From: Blastocystis sp. Blastoise
Lineage: Eukaryota > Protista > Bigyra: Opalinata
DNA length: 64,000 nt
NCBI GenBank assembly: GCA_039096225.1
Contig: JBBPEB010000006.1
Span: 1,302,001 to 1,366,000, forward strand
Reading direction: 5' to 3'
In this document: one piece after another, positions 15,940 through 30,682 of the stretch
Layout: each line of letters opens with the position of its first letter
Numbering within the stretch: position 1 is the first letter of the stretch
The notes under the pieces: model-generated
What the model was told of the DNA's origin: nothing
Database searches by the model: none
What the model saw: only the letters and a program-made list of their open reading frames with translations
Made by a program: the position numbers and the translations under genes

Positions 15940-17579
15940 AAATGAAAGAGGACAAGAATAAGAAGGAGAAGGAGAAGGACAAGGACAAGGACAAGGAGCA
16001 GAAGAAGAAGGATAGGATAAAGATAAGAAGAAGGATAAGGATAAGGATAAGAAGAAGAAGTAGAAGGAGAAGGATAAAAAGGACAAAGATAAGGATAAGG
16101 ATAGGAGAAAGAAATGACAAGAAGAACGATAAAAAAAGAGAATGGCAGAAATAAAAGAAAAAGAAGGAGAAGGAGAAGGAGAACAAGAAGGAAAATAAGA
16201 ATAAACCAAGAATAAACATAATAAGGAAAACATCAATAGAAGGTAAGGATAAGTAGAATGAGAATGATTAGAAGTAGAAGCATAAGAATAATAATACGAA
16301 GAAGACGGAGAAAGAGAAGCATATGTGGGAGTAGAAGAAAAAGCATGTGAATAAAAATGGAAAAAGAAGAAACTAAAAAGAGAATAGAAGGAGAGGATCA
16401 AAATATGAATAAGAAGGAGAAGGATAAGAAGGATAAGAATGACAAAGAGAAGGAGAATAAGAAAGAAAGAACGAGAAAGAGAAGAAGGAAAAAATAAACA
16501 GAAGAAGAAAGAGAAGGAGGAGAAGAATGAGAAGAAAAAGAATAGGAAGGAGAATGACAAAAAAAAACAAGAATGACAAGAATGGCAAAAGGAAAAAGGA
16601 GAAGAAGACAAATTATAGAAGGAGGAGAAGAAGAAAAATTATAGAAGAAGGAGAAGAAGAAAGATTAAGAAGAAGGAGAAGAAGGAAAAGGAGGAATCAA
16701 AAGAAGGAGAAGGAGGAAGGAGAAGAAGATGAAAAAATAAAATTATAAGAAGAAAAAGTAGAAGAAGAAAGAGAAAGAGAAGAACCACAAAGAAAAGGGG
16801 GAGAAGAAAGAAATTATAGAAGTAGAAGAAGGAAAAGAAAAGAGAAAAAGGAGAAAGAGAATAAGGACAAGAATAAGGTAAAAGTAAAAGTAAAAGAATC
16901 AATAGAAGAAAAAGTATGAGAAGAAGAATATTGAAAAGGAGATAGAGAAGTAGACGAATAAGTTGAGATAAAATGAGAAAGAAGAAGAAATAAAAGTATG
17001 GTAGTAGAAACAGAAGTAGAAATAGGTAGAAATAGATGGAAAAGGAAAATGAGAATCAGTAGAAGAAGAAGAAGAAGAAGAAGAAAATGAGAAAGAGAAG
17101 AAGAAGAATGAGAAATAGAATATAGAAATGAAATAGAAGAAACAAGAATGAAAGAAGTAGAAGAAGAAAAAATAATACTAATAATACGAATGTGAATGAG
17201 AATAAGAAGAAGAAATAGAAGAATAGCAATAATGGAATGAAAATGAAAAAAAAAGAAGAAGAAAGAGAAATAGAAAAAGAAGAACAAGAAGTAGTTGTAA
17301 TAGAAATGGATGTAGAAGCATAAAAAAGTAGTAGAAGCAAAAGTAGGAGTAAGAGTTGAAGTTGGAGTACAAGCGAAGTAGAATAGAAATATAAGTAGAA
17401 ATATAAGTAGAAGAATGAGAAGTAGTATTAGTAATAGTGTAGAAGTCGAAATGGAAGAAAAAAATAACAGTAAGTAGTAGTAGTAGAAATATGAGTAGAA
17501 GAACAAGTATAAATAGAAGAATAAAGGAAAGAAGGAAAGAAGCTGAAGTAGAAGAAGTATAAGGAAAAGAAGGTAAATA

Positions 17580-17612
<33 letters not shown>

Positions 17613-20600
17613 TAAGGAAAAGAAGGTAAATATAAGAATAATAATAATAATAGTAAGGAGAAGTAGTAAAAAAGAAGAAACAGAAGAATAAGGAGGAAGA
17701 GGAAATGAGATGAATAAAGAAAAGTAAAAAGAAGTAAAATATTGAGAAATAGAACGAGAAGTAAAAGAATAATAAAAAACAAACTTTAATAAGTATGGAT
17801 AGAAGAAAAAGAAAAAGAAAAATAATGAGAAATAGAATAAAGAGATTGAAAATGATAAGAAAAAGGAAAGCATGAAAGATAATAGGAATGAGAATAAGAA
17901 GAATAAGTAGAAGTATAAGGAGGAGTATAAAGAAAATGGAGATAAGGAGTAGAAGCAGAAGGAGAAGCTAAGGTTGAAGAAAAATAGAAAGGATGATAAT
18001 AAGAAAGATAAAAGAAATAGAAGGAAAACGAGAGTGTGAAGTAAAATAAGAATAACAAAAATAAAAAGAAGCAGAAGGAAAACAAGAAGAACTAAATGAA
18101 AATGAGGAGAGGAAGAATTTGAAAAAGAAGAAATATAATAAGAAGAATAAGAACAAGAAGAGGAATCACAAAAATAAAAAGAAAGATACTACAAATAAAA
18201 AGAATACTGAGGAAGACAAAATATAGAGTAAAAAATGATATAGAAGAAGCAGAAGATAGTGAATAAGGAGAAGAAGAAGATAAAGTAGAAGAAGAAGTAG
18301 ATCGAGAAACAGAATAAAGGGAAATGAAAAGTAGAATGAAAATAAGTAAGAAAATAGGAATATATAAATAAGATGTAGAAGAAAAATTGAAGCAAAATGA
18401 GACGAATTTAGAATAAAACAGAATACGTTAAATTAGAAGAATATGAAGAATAAAAAATGAGAAGCATACAAGTAGAATAATGAGAAATAGACAAGCCTGT
18501 AGAAGAAAGGCAAAAAAAGAAGAATCTGGAAAAAACAAGAATAAGAATAGAATAAGAATAAGAATAAGAATAAGAATGGAATAAAAACTGACTGAGAAAG
18601 TACTAGAAGTAGTAGAAGTAGTAGTAGTGTAAATAGACTTAGACTTAGACTTAGAAGCAGAAGGAGAAGCACAATTATGTATGTATAAATAGAAGAAACA
18701 AAGTATAAGTAAAATAGGAAAAAGAAAAGGCGAATAGATGAAGTATAATTATAAATATAAATAGAAGAATGAGAAAGAGAATATGAATAAGAATAGATGA
18801 AGTATAATTATAAGTACAAATAGAAGAAGAAATAGAAGAAATAGAAGAAAAATATAATAGGAATAAGGAGTAGAATTAAAAGAGTCTAATATAAATAATA
18901 ATAAAAAGAAGTTATACTAGTATAAGTAGATGTAAAATGATGAATATAAGTTGATAAACAAGAAGTACTAGAAGTAGAAGAATAAGTAGAAGTAGAAGAA
19001 ATCGAATTATAATAGAACTAAAATAAAAAGTAGACGAAAAAGAGTAGAAGTTCAAATTGAAGAATAAGAATTAATAGTAGTACGAGTACATGTAAAAGGA
19101 GAAGTGAACGTAGAAGGAGAAATAGTCATAAGTAGTGGTAGTAGAAGTAAAGAACAAGAAGAAGAAGAAGAAGGAAAACTAGAAAGTATAAGTAGAACTA
19201 GAAGTAGAAAAGAAAGTAGAAGTAGACGTGCATGTATAAATAAAAGTAAGAATAGAAGCACGAGTACAATGATAAGTAGAATTAGAATAAGAATAAATAC
19301 TAGTAGAAAGAAATAGGAATAAGAATAATAACAAGTAGTAATAGAACTAGTAGTAGTAGTAGAAATTGGAATAAGAATGAAAGTAAGTAATAATATAAGT
19401 ACAAGTAAACAAAAAGTATAAGTACAAGTAGAAATAGAAGAATAAAGTAATGAATGAAAAAAAACTGAAGAAGACGAAGTATAAGGAATAGAATAAGAAC
19501 AGAATAAAAAAGGAATGAAAATAATAATAATGATGTAAAAACGTGAAAAGAAGGAGAAGAATAAAGAAAAGGAAGAGAGACTATATAATTAGAAAGAGAA
19601 TGAGAAGTAAAATAAGAAGAACAAGAACTAATATAAATAGAACGATAATAAGAAATAGAAGGAGAAGGAGAATATCAAAAAGAGAGTGAGAATGAGAAGA
19701 AAAAGGAAAATATGAAAGATAATAGGAATAAGAATAAAAAGGATAAGTAGAAGTACAACGAAGAGAAAGGAAAATGAAGAGAAGAAGTAGAAGCAAAAGG
19801 AGATGATGATGTTGAAGAAAAACATGTTGGAGAATAATAATAAACCACATAAGGAGAAACAAAAGGAAAAGAAGAATTTGATGTAAAATAATAAGTATAT
19901 GAAAAAAGGAGAAGCAGAAGGAAAATGAGTAGACTTAAACTGAGAATACATGACAGAGAATTTGAAAAAGAAGAAATAGGATGAGAATAGTAGGAAAAAG
20001 AGAGGAATGAGAATAAGAAATAGAATGACGATACAAATAAGAAGAAGAAAAAGAAAATATAGAGAAAAAAGATGATATAAAAGAATGAGAAGATAGGGAA
20101 TAAGAAGAAGATAAAAAGTAGAAGAAGAAGAAGAAGAAGAAGAACCAAAGCTAGAACTAGAACAAAGAGAAGGAAAAGTAGAAGTTTAAAAAAGAAAGAT
20201 AATAGGAGAAAAAGTAAGAATTAGAATAAGATATAGAAGGATAGTGAGAAGAATTTGGTGAAAATAGAATACGCAAAAGTAGAAGAATATATATAAATAA
20301 AAAGTGAGAAGTATACCAGCAGAGTAAGGAGAACTAGACAAGAAAGTAGATACAAGTAAAAGAAGAATTTGGAGAACAATAAGAATAAGAATATGACTAA
20401 GAGAGTAGTAGTAGAACCATAAGAGAAGTATGAATAGATGTAAAAGTATAAATGAAGTAGAAGGAGAACAATAAGTATGAGTAGAACCATATGTATAAGT
20501 ATAATGAGAATAAGAATAAAATAAGAAAGATGACAATATGAAGTGTTAGTAGAAGGAAAATGAGATAAATAGTAGAATAAAAAGAAGAATATTAAGGAGA

Positions 20601-22280
20601 GAAAGTTTAGAAGTGGAAGGAGTACAATAAAAATAAGAATGAAGTGAATAAGAATAGGAATAAGAAGAATAAAAAGGAGAAATGAAAATAGAAGGAGAAG
20701 AAAGAAGATATAAAGGAGAATAATAATAAGTAGAAGGAGAAATAAAAAATAAGTTTAATAAGAATGAAAATAAGAATAATAGAATAAATTGAAGATAGAA
20801 AAGTATAAGAAAAGAAGGAAGAAGAAGGAAAGTGATAAGATGAAGAATTAGAATAAATAATAAGAAAATGAAGAATACGAATAAGGAGTATGATAAGCAG
20901 AAGTGAATAAAAAGAATGAGAAATGGAAGGACAATACTAATAATAATAATAAGAAAAAGAAGATACAAAAGGAGGAGGAGAAGAATGAAAAAAAGTTAAG
21001 GCTAACTAGAAGCAGAATAGTATAAAGATAATGATAATAAGATTGTAGAACAAGAAATAGAAGTAGAATAAGAAGAGAAATGATTAGGAAGTATAAGTAA
21101 AGTAAGAAGAGAAAGATATCATGAATAAGAAGAGAAAGATATCATGAATAAGAAGAGAAAGATATCATGAATAAGAATAAGAATAAAAAATGAAGTAGAA
21201 ATACAAGCAGAAATAGAAGTAGAATAAGAGTGTAAAAATAAGGTGAATAAGAATAAAATGTGGAAGATGAAGAAGTAGTAAAAGTTGAGTGAATAGTAAA
21301 GAGAAATGGAAAGTAGACACTAAGGCTTATGAAATGAAAACAAAGGAATAACACCAGAAATAAGAAGTAGAATTAGAATAAGAAGGAAATTAAGAATGAA
21401 ATGCTGAAGTAGAAGAAGAATTAACAGGAGACAAGAATAAGTAGAAGGCGAAGCAGAACGAGAATAAGCGTAAAAATAATAATAATTAAAGAATAATATC
21501 AATTAAAAGAAGGAAAATAGGAATGAGAAGTAAAATAGAAATTACAATAAAAAAAATAAGTAAAAGTAACTAGATAAGCAGAATGAAAATATGAATAGTA
21601 TGATGAAGGGAAAGGAGAATGAGAAAGTCGCATATGAAGGAAAGCGAGAAGTAGCACGAGGATAGTAATAAAAATAAGAAAGAGAAATTAAAAAATAAGG
21701 AGACGTGGAATAAGAAGGAGAAAGTGAGATATATGGAAAAACTAAATAAGAAACAAAATATTAAGTAAAATAAGAAGTAAAAAAAGAAGTAAAAAAAGAA
21801 GTAACAACAATATATGAAAAAGAAGAAGTTGAAGAAGTTGAAGAAGGAGAAGAAAAATAAGAATAAGAGAAATATATCTAAGAATAATAAAAAGAAGATG
21901 ACAATAACAAGGAGAAGTAAATTTACAAGGAGAAAAAAAAGAAAGGAAACATAAGTGAAGAAGGAGAATAAGGAGAAGTAGAATAAGATGTACAGGTGAA
22001 GAAGAATAAGTAGTAGACGTAAAGTAAGAAGAATAAGAATAAGAATGAAAGGATAAGAAGAAGGATAAGAAGAAGAAGAAGAAGAATGAAAAGGAAAGGA
22101 TAATTAGAAGTATAATAATAAAATATAATAGTAGAATTCGTGAAGAGGTAATAGTTATGAAAACAAATAAAGAAAAATTAATATCTATACAAAAAAGAAG
22201 AAAAAGATGTAGTAAGAAGTGTATTAGAATGAAGAATGAAGAATGAAGAATGAAGAATGAAGAATGAAGAATGAAGAATG
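15940..22280. repeat. 6.3-kb purine-rich (GAA/GGA/TAA-type) low-complexity tract
   Basis: Plus strand is strongly depleted of C; degenerate trinucleotide/hexamer units with internal duplications; ends in (GAATGAA)n. Confidence 0.85.
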
Positions 22281-23275
22281 AAATTTTGTAAACCAAAAAA
22301 TTTAATAAATAAAAGAATAATAAATTGCAACTTTCCTAATAGACTAATAATATTTGTAATCAATTTTTTGTTTTATAGAAGAAACAATAAAAATACCACT
22401 AGGTCTAAAGAATATATAATATTATAAAAATAGAATATTAATAATTATAATATAAAGAAAAAAATAACATATATATTATTAATAGTCAGTTAAAACAAAC
22501 TAACTATATTATTAAATACATATATACCTTAATAAAGACTTGAATCATCGCAATCTGATTCCCAAGTTGTGCTTAAATACGCTAAGATTCTATAAATAAA
22601 TACGTAGAATAAATTAATAAAATTAATTAAAGTATAAACATATTAGAAAAACAACAAGATAGAAAAATAGGAGCTAATTCAATTATAAAAAGTATAATAT
22701 AAAATTAAAAAAAGATAGGGATGCTATTAGAATGATAGTGATGTATTAATAGCATAGACAAGAAATAGATATAGCAAAAAATAAACAAAATGAGAAAAAT
22801 GAAAAATATCTATATACCTTAGATTCATCAGTATTGTTTACCAAGACCTTTTGAATTGATCTGAAACCAGATGAAGTTTGTTTTGAGCATATAAACAAGA
22901 AATAACCCATTGATCAACTGATTACTATATAAAATTAAATATTTGAAGAGAGTAAACTATATAATATATATATTTATAACTAGAAAACATACATAGATTC
23001 ATTTTATATGCTTATAATGAAAATATATGAAATAAATCAATATTTGATTTTCAAGAAATAACCATTCTGAGGATGGAAACAGAGGAAAAACAGCCTAAAT
23101 AGCGGAATTAATCTCTTCTATAGAAACTTTTTTGGGTTTCAGTGAACAAGTTTTAAAAATAATTTCTAGAGATTCAAAGTATGGTATAAAAAGTCTTCTT
23201 TGATATGGTCCCTATTCTTGGAGTCTTTCAGAATCACTTAAATCTTTGGAAAACCGTATTCAGCTACGGCTTAAA

Positions 23276-24725
23276 TGAACTCCTAAAAAAGAATATTTTT
23301 TAAATATTATTATATGGATTATTTGCTTATTTAGAAGGTTATTTTATTATTTATATTTATATTATATTTTATTAGGTAGATTATTATAGATTAGGCTTGA
23401 AATGAATCCAGATAATAAACCAATTAGTGATTCATTCTTTCACGTATATACTTATTTGATTTACCATTATTTATATAGGTTTAGAAACATGATTTAGAGA
23501 GCCCGGTGGAGTTGGCTACAATATTGGAAGAAAACGCAATGATCGGAATTTTCCTCTTTAAGAATATTCTTTGGTGTATGTTCTAGTGGTATATTATTTT
23601 GTTTTTTGTTTGTATATTTAATTATTTATTTAGGAAATTCAAAAGAAAAAAGTAATTGGTCTCCATCTACTAAGAAAATTGATGTCTAGGTCCTTCTTTT
23701 GATTTTTATTATTTTATTTTTTTATCAGAAGTATATATTTATGTTATTAATGCTATATTGTATCTAATTATATAGAAATGGCAAGTGATTATTGTTTTGG
23801 AATTTTTGTAACTTTTCGATTTCAGCACAATTATCGAGTCCTTAAAAGTATATAAATATATTAAATAATTATTTTTTTCTATAGATATATGGAGTAAATT
23901 GATATGGTTATATATACAAAAAAAAATACTAGAAGAATATGGCTAAAAAGTATATATTTTTTTATTTTTATATTATTAAAATTATATATATTTGTTTAAT
24001 TAAATTTGTATATTGTAGTTATTTATTTTTGTTATAACTGAGGCTCTAACATTGATATATGGTTCAAATATATATATATATATTTTTATTATTTATAAAT
24101 TCTTAATATTTTATTAATTTATTATATTATTTTTCTATATAGGACTATTAATTATCATTCTTTTATTATAGTTTATATATATATATATGTATTATTTATT
24201 TTCGATATATTTTATTCTTATTCATATATATAGTATTATTAAGCTATGTACTCATTAGCTTCTCTACATCAATACTATTATGTGACTAGGTATATTATAT
24301 ATATATTTAATTATTAGCATATTATTTTCTATTACTTCTTAATATATATATATATATATTTATATATTAACTAGTATTTTTATATAGAGAATGTGACGTT
24401 TCCCTTATGTTATAAACTTCATGGTCATCAATTTTTATATCTAAGGTATATAGTTTTTATATGTAAGTAATTGTTTTATTGTAGTATATTGTTTCACATT
24501 ATTTTTATATATTATTCTATTTTCCGTACAATAATTTTTTATTTTTTTTATATAATTTATATTATGTACCTATAATTACTAATAATATCCTATTGTTTAT
24601 ATTTCTGTTATTCATGTCTCTATAGTTTTATTAGTTATATAAAAATATAACTAGTAAAACTGTAATTACATATATATATTATATAGGTGTTATATAAATA
24701 TACGAATGTTGCTTTAGTTGAAGAA

Positions 24726-24810
<85 letters not shown>

Positions 24811-25696
24811 GTTATAGACTTTTATTGTATTCTTTTTATATTATTATTTTATACATTTTTCTCTCTATATAACATATTCACAGATATATTTACCAAATAT
24901 ATACTCTTTAGAAAATTGATATATGTTTTATTTTGGAAGTTGATAATATATACTAGAATCAGTTCATATCAATTGTTTATTCTTAAACTTTATATATATA
25001 TATATATATTATTTATCAAAGTCAAAGTTATATATAAATAGAATAATGAAGAATTATCTATATATAGTGGTCTTTAGTTCTATTACTACATTATTTTTAT
25101 GTATTTAAGGTATATATAAATATATTATATATATACTTTTATATATACTTATTATATAAATATAAACTTATAGACTTATATATAGTAATATATCAGTTAT
25201 CCTTTTATTTTTCTCATGAGTTTTTAAGTATATAGTCTTTTTATCTTATTATATATATAATACATTTTTTATAATTGACACAAAAGGTAATATTATTTGT
25301 ATATATAATTTTATCTCAACTATTCTTCTATTTTATTCTTTTATATCACTTTTTCTTTCTATAACTATATTATGTATTATCATTTTATAATATAATTTGT
25401 TTATAGTTAATTATGTATATATATGTAGTAACAGTAATAACTCTTCTTTTTATCTCTTTTGTTCAATTATACTAGTATATTTTCTATGATAATATATATA
25501 CTTTGTATTTATCTCCTTTTATATATATTATCTATTTATTTTGATACTAATTATATATACACTTAGTGTTATGTATACTACATTTTCTTTTTGTTTATAA
25601 TACTATACTAATATCATTTTTATTATATATAGGATTAAGGATATATATAATTGTTTTGAATGATTTACTTTTGTATTATGTTAAACCTTATTTTCT

Positions 25697-25739
<43 letters not shown>

Positions 25740-26420
25740 TTTTCTTTATATTTTCCAGCTTTCTTTTCTATTATATACATTTATACTCACTATAGTGTAC
25801 TATTATTAATATATATAGTTTGTGAAGATATTAAATAGATTCTACGTAAAGAGTATGTATTTTAATTGTTTTAATACATATACATAATATGTTCCTATGT
25901 TATATTTAAATATATATATTTTTTACTTTATATATATATTTTTCTCATAATTACATATATGTATATATTCATATATATATATATATAGACTTGGTATTCC
26001 CTTAATTAATTCATGCCGTCTTATTCATTCATTTTATATATATAGTCTATAATCAGCTTTTATGAATTATTACAAATAATGTATACAATCCTTTTGTATG
26101 TATTTTATTTATATTTATATAGCTTGCTATGTAGTATTTTCTATTATAACAATATAATGTGTTTATTTTATTTATATATATATTAATTTTTTTTTAATCT
26201 ATATATAGAACGTATCTTTAGCTTATCTTCTATGTTCGTATACAACTTAATATAGATAGTATATATTGTATATATTTATTATATATATTGTTTGCTAATA
26301 TTCTATTTTTAACTTTATTCTTAATTACATTATATTCTATTGTATATTGAAATAATCTTTTTATTCTACATGTTTTTATTATTTAGGTTAGTATTAATAG
26401 GTGTAATAGAGTATATATAT
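23276..26420 (+). pseudogene. Decayed multi-exon gene carried as MULE cargo
   Basis: Many short GT...TAG-delimited exon-like pieces, e.g. LET*FREPGGVGYNIGRKRNDRNFPL*EYSLVYVLV at ~23480-23588 with in-frame stops. Boundaries approximate. Confidence 0.35.
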
Positions 26421-26457
26421 ATATAATTACAATATTTTTATAGTCTCTTTTCTTCAA

Positions 26458-26490
<33 letters not shown>

Positions 26491-26509
26491 TATTCATATA
26501 ATTAATATT

Positions 26510-26577
26510 CCTTAGACTGAATATGGTCAGTAGCAATCATTAATAGATTGCTATCAGGTTCAATTCCTGATCTAAGG
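26510..26577 (+). ncRNA. tRNA-like cloverleaf element, copy 1 (non-canonical)
   Basis: CCTTAGA/TCTAAGG acceptor; CTGA-ATATGG-TCAG D-like arm; 8-bp TAGCAATC/GATTGCTA arm; TCAGG-TTCAATT-CCTGA T-arm (B box); downstream oligo-T. Confidence 0.7.
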
Positions 26578-28098
26578 TTGTATACTATATTTTTTATAAA
26601 AAAATTTAAATGTTTTTTCCCTATAGGTATTCTCATTCATTAGAACCAATATGAATAAATACATTGAGTTTCATGCAATTGAATCAACTCTATACGTCGT
26701 TAGTCGCTCTTTTATAATAATTTTAGATACCTTTACTTAAAACCAAACACATTCACAATTACAATCACCCAAAATTATCTAGTCATTATTTTGTTGAGTT
26801 ATGTATCCTATTCATCAATTTTACACACAAATAAAAAATAAATATTCATCAATAATATCTTGAAGTCTATAAACACGCAATACATTATTTGTTTATACTC
26901 TTAAAAGGCATTTCTACTGTTTATATTAATATGATTGACACTAAGAATCATTTCTAACCAACTTTAAAAACTTTTGAAGAACCTTAACAAATTTACATTA
27001 CCTAAAAAACTATTATAATCAACTTTGGCTTATACGAGTCATGATTAAATTTAAATTATTAATAGAAATTCATAATAAAGGCATTCTATCTCAACATATC
27101 ACCAAGAGAAATCAATTATGTTTGTAACTTCCCTAAAATTAAATTAATTACTAAAAGACGTATTTTAATTAATGTAGAATTCAAATTCAAACACACATAA
27201 ACTCATCATTTCTGACAATTTTACACATTTAGACAATCTAGTGAGTATCACATAATCAACTAATTCTTGTTGTCTTCATCAAGTCTAACGATTTCCTTAT
27301 GACAAGAAGCATCAATTTTATTTTATTCAACACTCTATAAATAATTAATCAATTAACTAATTTTATTTACTTAAATACATACTCCAATAACAACAACAAG
27401 ACATCAGGAGTGAGAATAACTGATTAAACTATTTAAATAAAATAATTAATAATAAAAAGTAGAAATATTAGGATTTTAATAATTTTTAATAAGTTAATTT
27501 ATAGTGAAGTTTCAATAATCATATAAAAAATATGATTAATTTAGCTTTTGTATGTTCTAAGCATATATCTATCTATATATAGTCCCTAGGAGTATATTAG
27601 AGTACCTTCCAGTCTCCATTGGCAGATTGATCTAAACTGGTATGTTCTCTTTCTCTATTATGAGCTAATCTAGGTGATGTAAAGTGGTTGTACTAGATGG
27701 TCAGCTATTGTGTCGTGGTTATAAATGGGATGATGTGACGTCACCATATAAAACTATTTCTTTAGGTTTTATCAATGAGTGGGAAATGCTTGGCTATGTT
27801 AACTGAGCGTTGCTTGAAACTTTCAAAAAATCAATTGGTCAAATGTCTAAACAGATTTGTCTTGAATCATACAGAATCATGATCTATTCACATAATCACT
27901 ACATCTACAATTCAAATATTCATATTTGAAGTTACTTGGTTTAACTCATATTCTGATTCTAGATGTATATATTTTCTACATTTTTTTTATATAAATATAA
28001 TTATATAATTATATTAATGTTTATATAGGTTGTTATATAGCTATTAAATCTAGTTCTTGCTTTTCTTGTCACTAAATTCTTGGTTCTTCTCTTTTATG

Positions 28099-28129
<31 letters not shown>

Positions 28130-28283
28130 TATTATTAACTTCTTATGTTTTGATTTTATAATATAAATTTCTTAATTTTTGAAAATTATTTCTATTTATA
28201 CATATTATTAGTTTCTTCTATGTACTTATTTGAAGTTTTTATTAATATTAATTTATGCACTTTTTTCTTTTTTTTAATTATAT

Positions 28284-28320
<37 letters not shown>

Positions 28321-28479
28321 CTATTTCTATATATATTTGGTTTTCTTTTTGTCTATATTTGCCTTCTTTTCCATTTTATTCTTATTAATTTCTTTGTTAT
28401 ACTTTATATTTTTCTTATAGTCATCGTGTTGATTCGGGTAATTGTTACTACTATTAATACTACTCAATATCACATTTCA

Positions 28480-30300
28480 TTATATAATATACCTTTTTTC
28501 TTTAGTTCTTACTTATCATTCTCCTTACATTCTTCTTATCTTTCCTTTTTGTGTTCTCCTTCTATAATTACATCTTCTCTTCATTTCCACCTCTATATCT
28601 TAATCTTCTTGTTCTTCTTCATTTTCTTCTTATGTCATTACTTCCTTTTCATATCTTTCCACTTCTACTTTTCTATTCGCTATTCCTTTTAATTCTTCAT
28701 CTAGACGTTCTTTCTATATTCCTTTTTCTTTTATATATCCTTATTCCCCTTCTCCTTTTCTGTCTCCAATATTCTTTTCCTACTCGTTCTTCTTCATCTA
28801 TTTATCCTTATGCTTCTATATCTTGTATATACCATTCTTTTGCTTCTCAATCTCAATCTCCTTCTCTCAATCTCTTCTGTATCTCTTCTTCTTCCTCTTC
28901 TTCTATATATCCTTATTCCCCTTCTATATCTTATATATATCTTTATTCTTCTTCTATATCTTATATATATCCTTCATCTTCTATATATCCTTCGTCTTTA
29001 TATTCTTTTTCTCTCTATATATCCTTCGTATATATATTCTTTTTCTCTCTATATATCCTTCCTCTGCATTCCTTCTTCTATTTGCCATTATTCTTCTTAT
29101 ACATTTTATCTATATCATTCTCCTCCTATGTTTTCTATTTTTTCTATATATCCTTATTCTTATCTTTCCTCTTCTATATATCGTTTTTCTTCTATATATC
29201 TTATTTTTGCTTCTTCTTCTATATATCTTTCTTCTTCTTCTATTTATTGTTCTTATTCTTCTGTATCCTCTATTTATCATTATTTTCCATAGTATTCTTC
29301 TACTGTATCTTCTTCTTGTCTCTTTCTTCTTCTTAAATATCTCCTTCTTCTCCTTCTTTTCTTCTATATCTTCAATATACCTTTCTTTATCTATATATTT
29401 TGATGTTCATTATTTCTCTATATATCTTTATTCTCCATATTCTTCCGTATCTTCTTCTTCTTTTTATGCTTCTCTTTATTCTCCTTCTATATATCTTTCT
29501 TTTCCTTCTTTTCCTTCTCAGTCTCCTTCTCTTCATTTTATCATTCTCTTTCTCTCTATCTCTATCTCTTTCTATTTCTATATCTTCTATATGTACTTTT
29601 TCTTCTTCTTCTTCTATATATCATTATTTTCCTCCTCCTCCTACTCTTCCTTCTTCTTTTATCATCATTCTTCTACTTCTTCTATCATTTCCTTCTTCGA
29701 TTTCGATATCTCTATATATCATTTTTCTCCTTCGTCTTCTCCTTCTTTACTCTTTATATTATTCTAATTTTATTCCTTTTCATCTATTTCCTCTTTATCT
29801 CAATATTCTCTCGATTTATTACACATAATATCAATTATATATATATATATATATAATCTTTTATACTCTTTTTCTTTCATCATATACTATCTTTTTTCCT
29901 ACATTTACACTTGTACTTCCTATGTGTACTCTACTTATATTTTTATTTCCTTCTTAATTTATTCTCCCTTGTTCTTCTTCTAACTCTCTTCTCTATCTGT
30001 TTTCTCTTCTTCTCCTATACATGACTTTTTATTATCCATCTATCTTTCTTTTCTTCTTACCTTCTTATCTTATTTTTTACTCGCTTCCTATTCTTATTCT
30101 TCTTCTTTATATATATGCTTTTTATTCTCTATCCTATTAACTAACTCCTCCTTCTTCTTCTTCTCATTTACTTAATATTTTTCTTTTTCCTAATTTATTT
30201 TCCTATATTCTTCATATTCATGTTTTCATTTTTTTATATTCAATTCCTATCTTTTATCATCTTATATCTATATATATACTTCTCTCCATATTTAAACTAT
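28480..30300. repeat. Pyrimidine-rich (TTC/TCC/TAT) low-complexity tract
   Basis: Plus strand is strongly depleted of G; mirror composition of 15940-22280. Confidence 0.85.
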
Positions 30301-30438
30301 TTCTATCTACTATACTAATTAATATAGTATTTATTTTTATTAATAAAAAGATTTTATCCTTTTTATTTCTTATTTATACTTATTATTTTATATGTTTCTT
30401 GTTTATATATTTAATTTATATATTAAAATAATTTTTTC

Positions 30439-30482
<44 letters not shown>

Positions 30483-30616
30483 GCAACAGTAATATGTATT
30501 CTATTTGATAAATATATATGAAAGAGATAAGTATATATTTATATATCTATATTATTGATTCATCTTTTTTAGATATATATATTAAATATTGTATTTTATT
30601 ATTATTTATTATTACT

Positions 30617-30682
30617 CTTATGCTCTATAAGGTGAGAGGCTATCATAATTCGATAACAATCAGGTTCAACTCCTGACATAAG
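30617..30682 (+). ncRNA. tRNA-like cloverleaf element, copy 2
   Basis: CTTATG/CATAAG acceptor; CTCT/AGAG arm; imperfect middle arm; TCAGG-TTCAACT-CCTGA T-arm; oligo-T downstream. Confidence 0.65.

Noticed and set aside
15916-22363. Dozens of Leu/Phe/Ser- or Arg/Lys-rich ORFs (also 28220-29828, 63211-63918 and YIYI ORFs)
   Set aside because: By-products of low-complexity tracts and (AT)n runs; they overlap in several frames and show no protein-like motifs.
26510-26577. Canonical tRNA-Leu(TAA) call
   Set aside because: No U8/A9 linker or variable arm, 8-bp anticodon stem, and sister copies lack a conserved anticodon.
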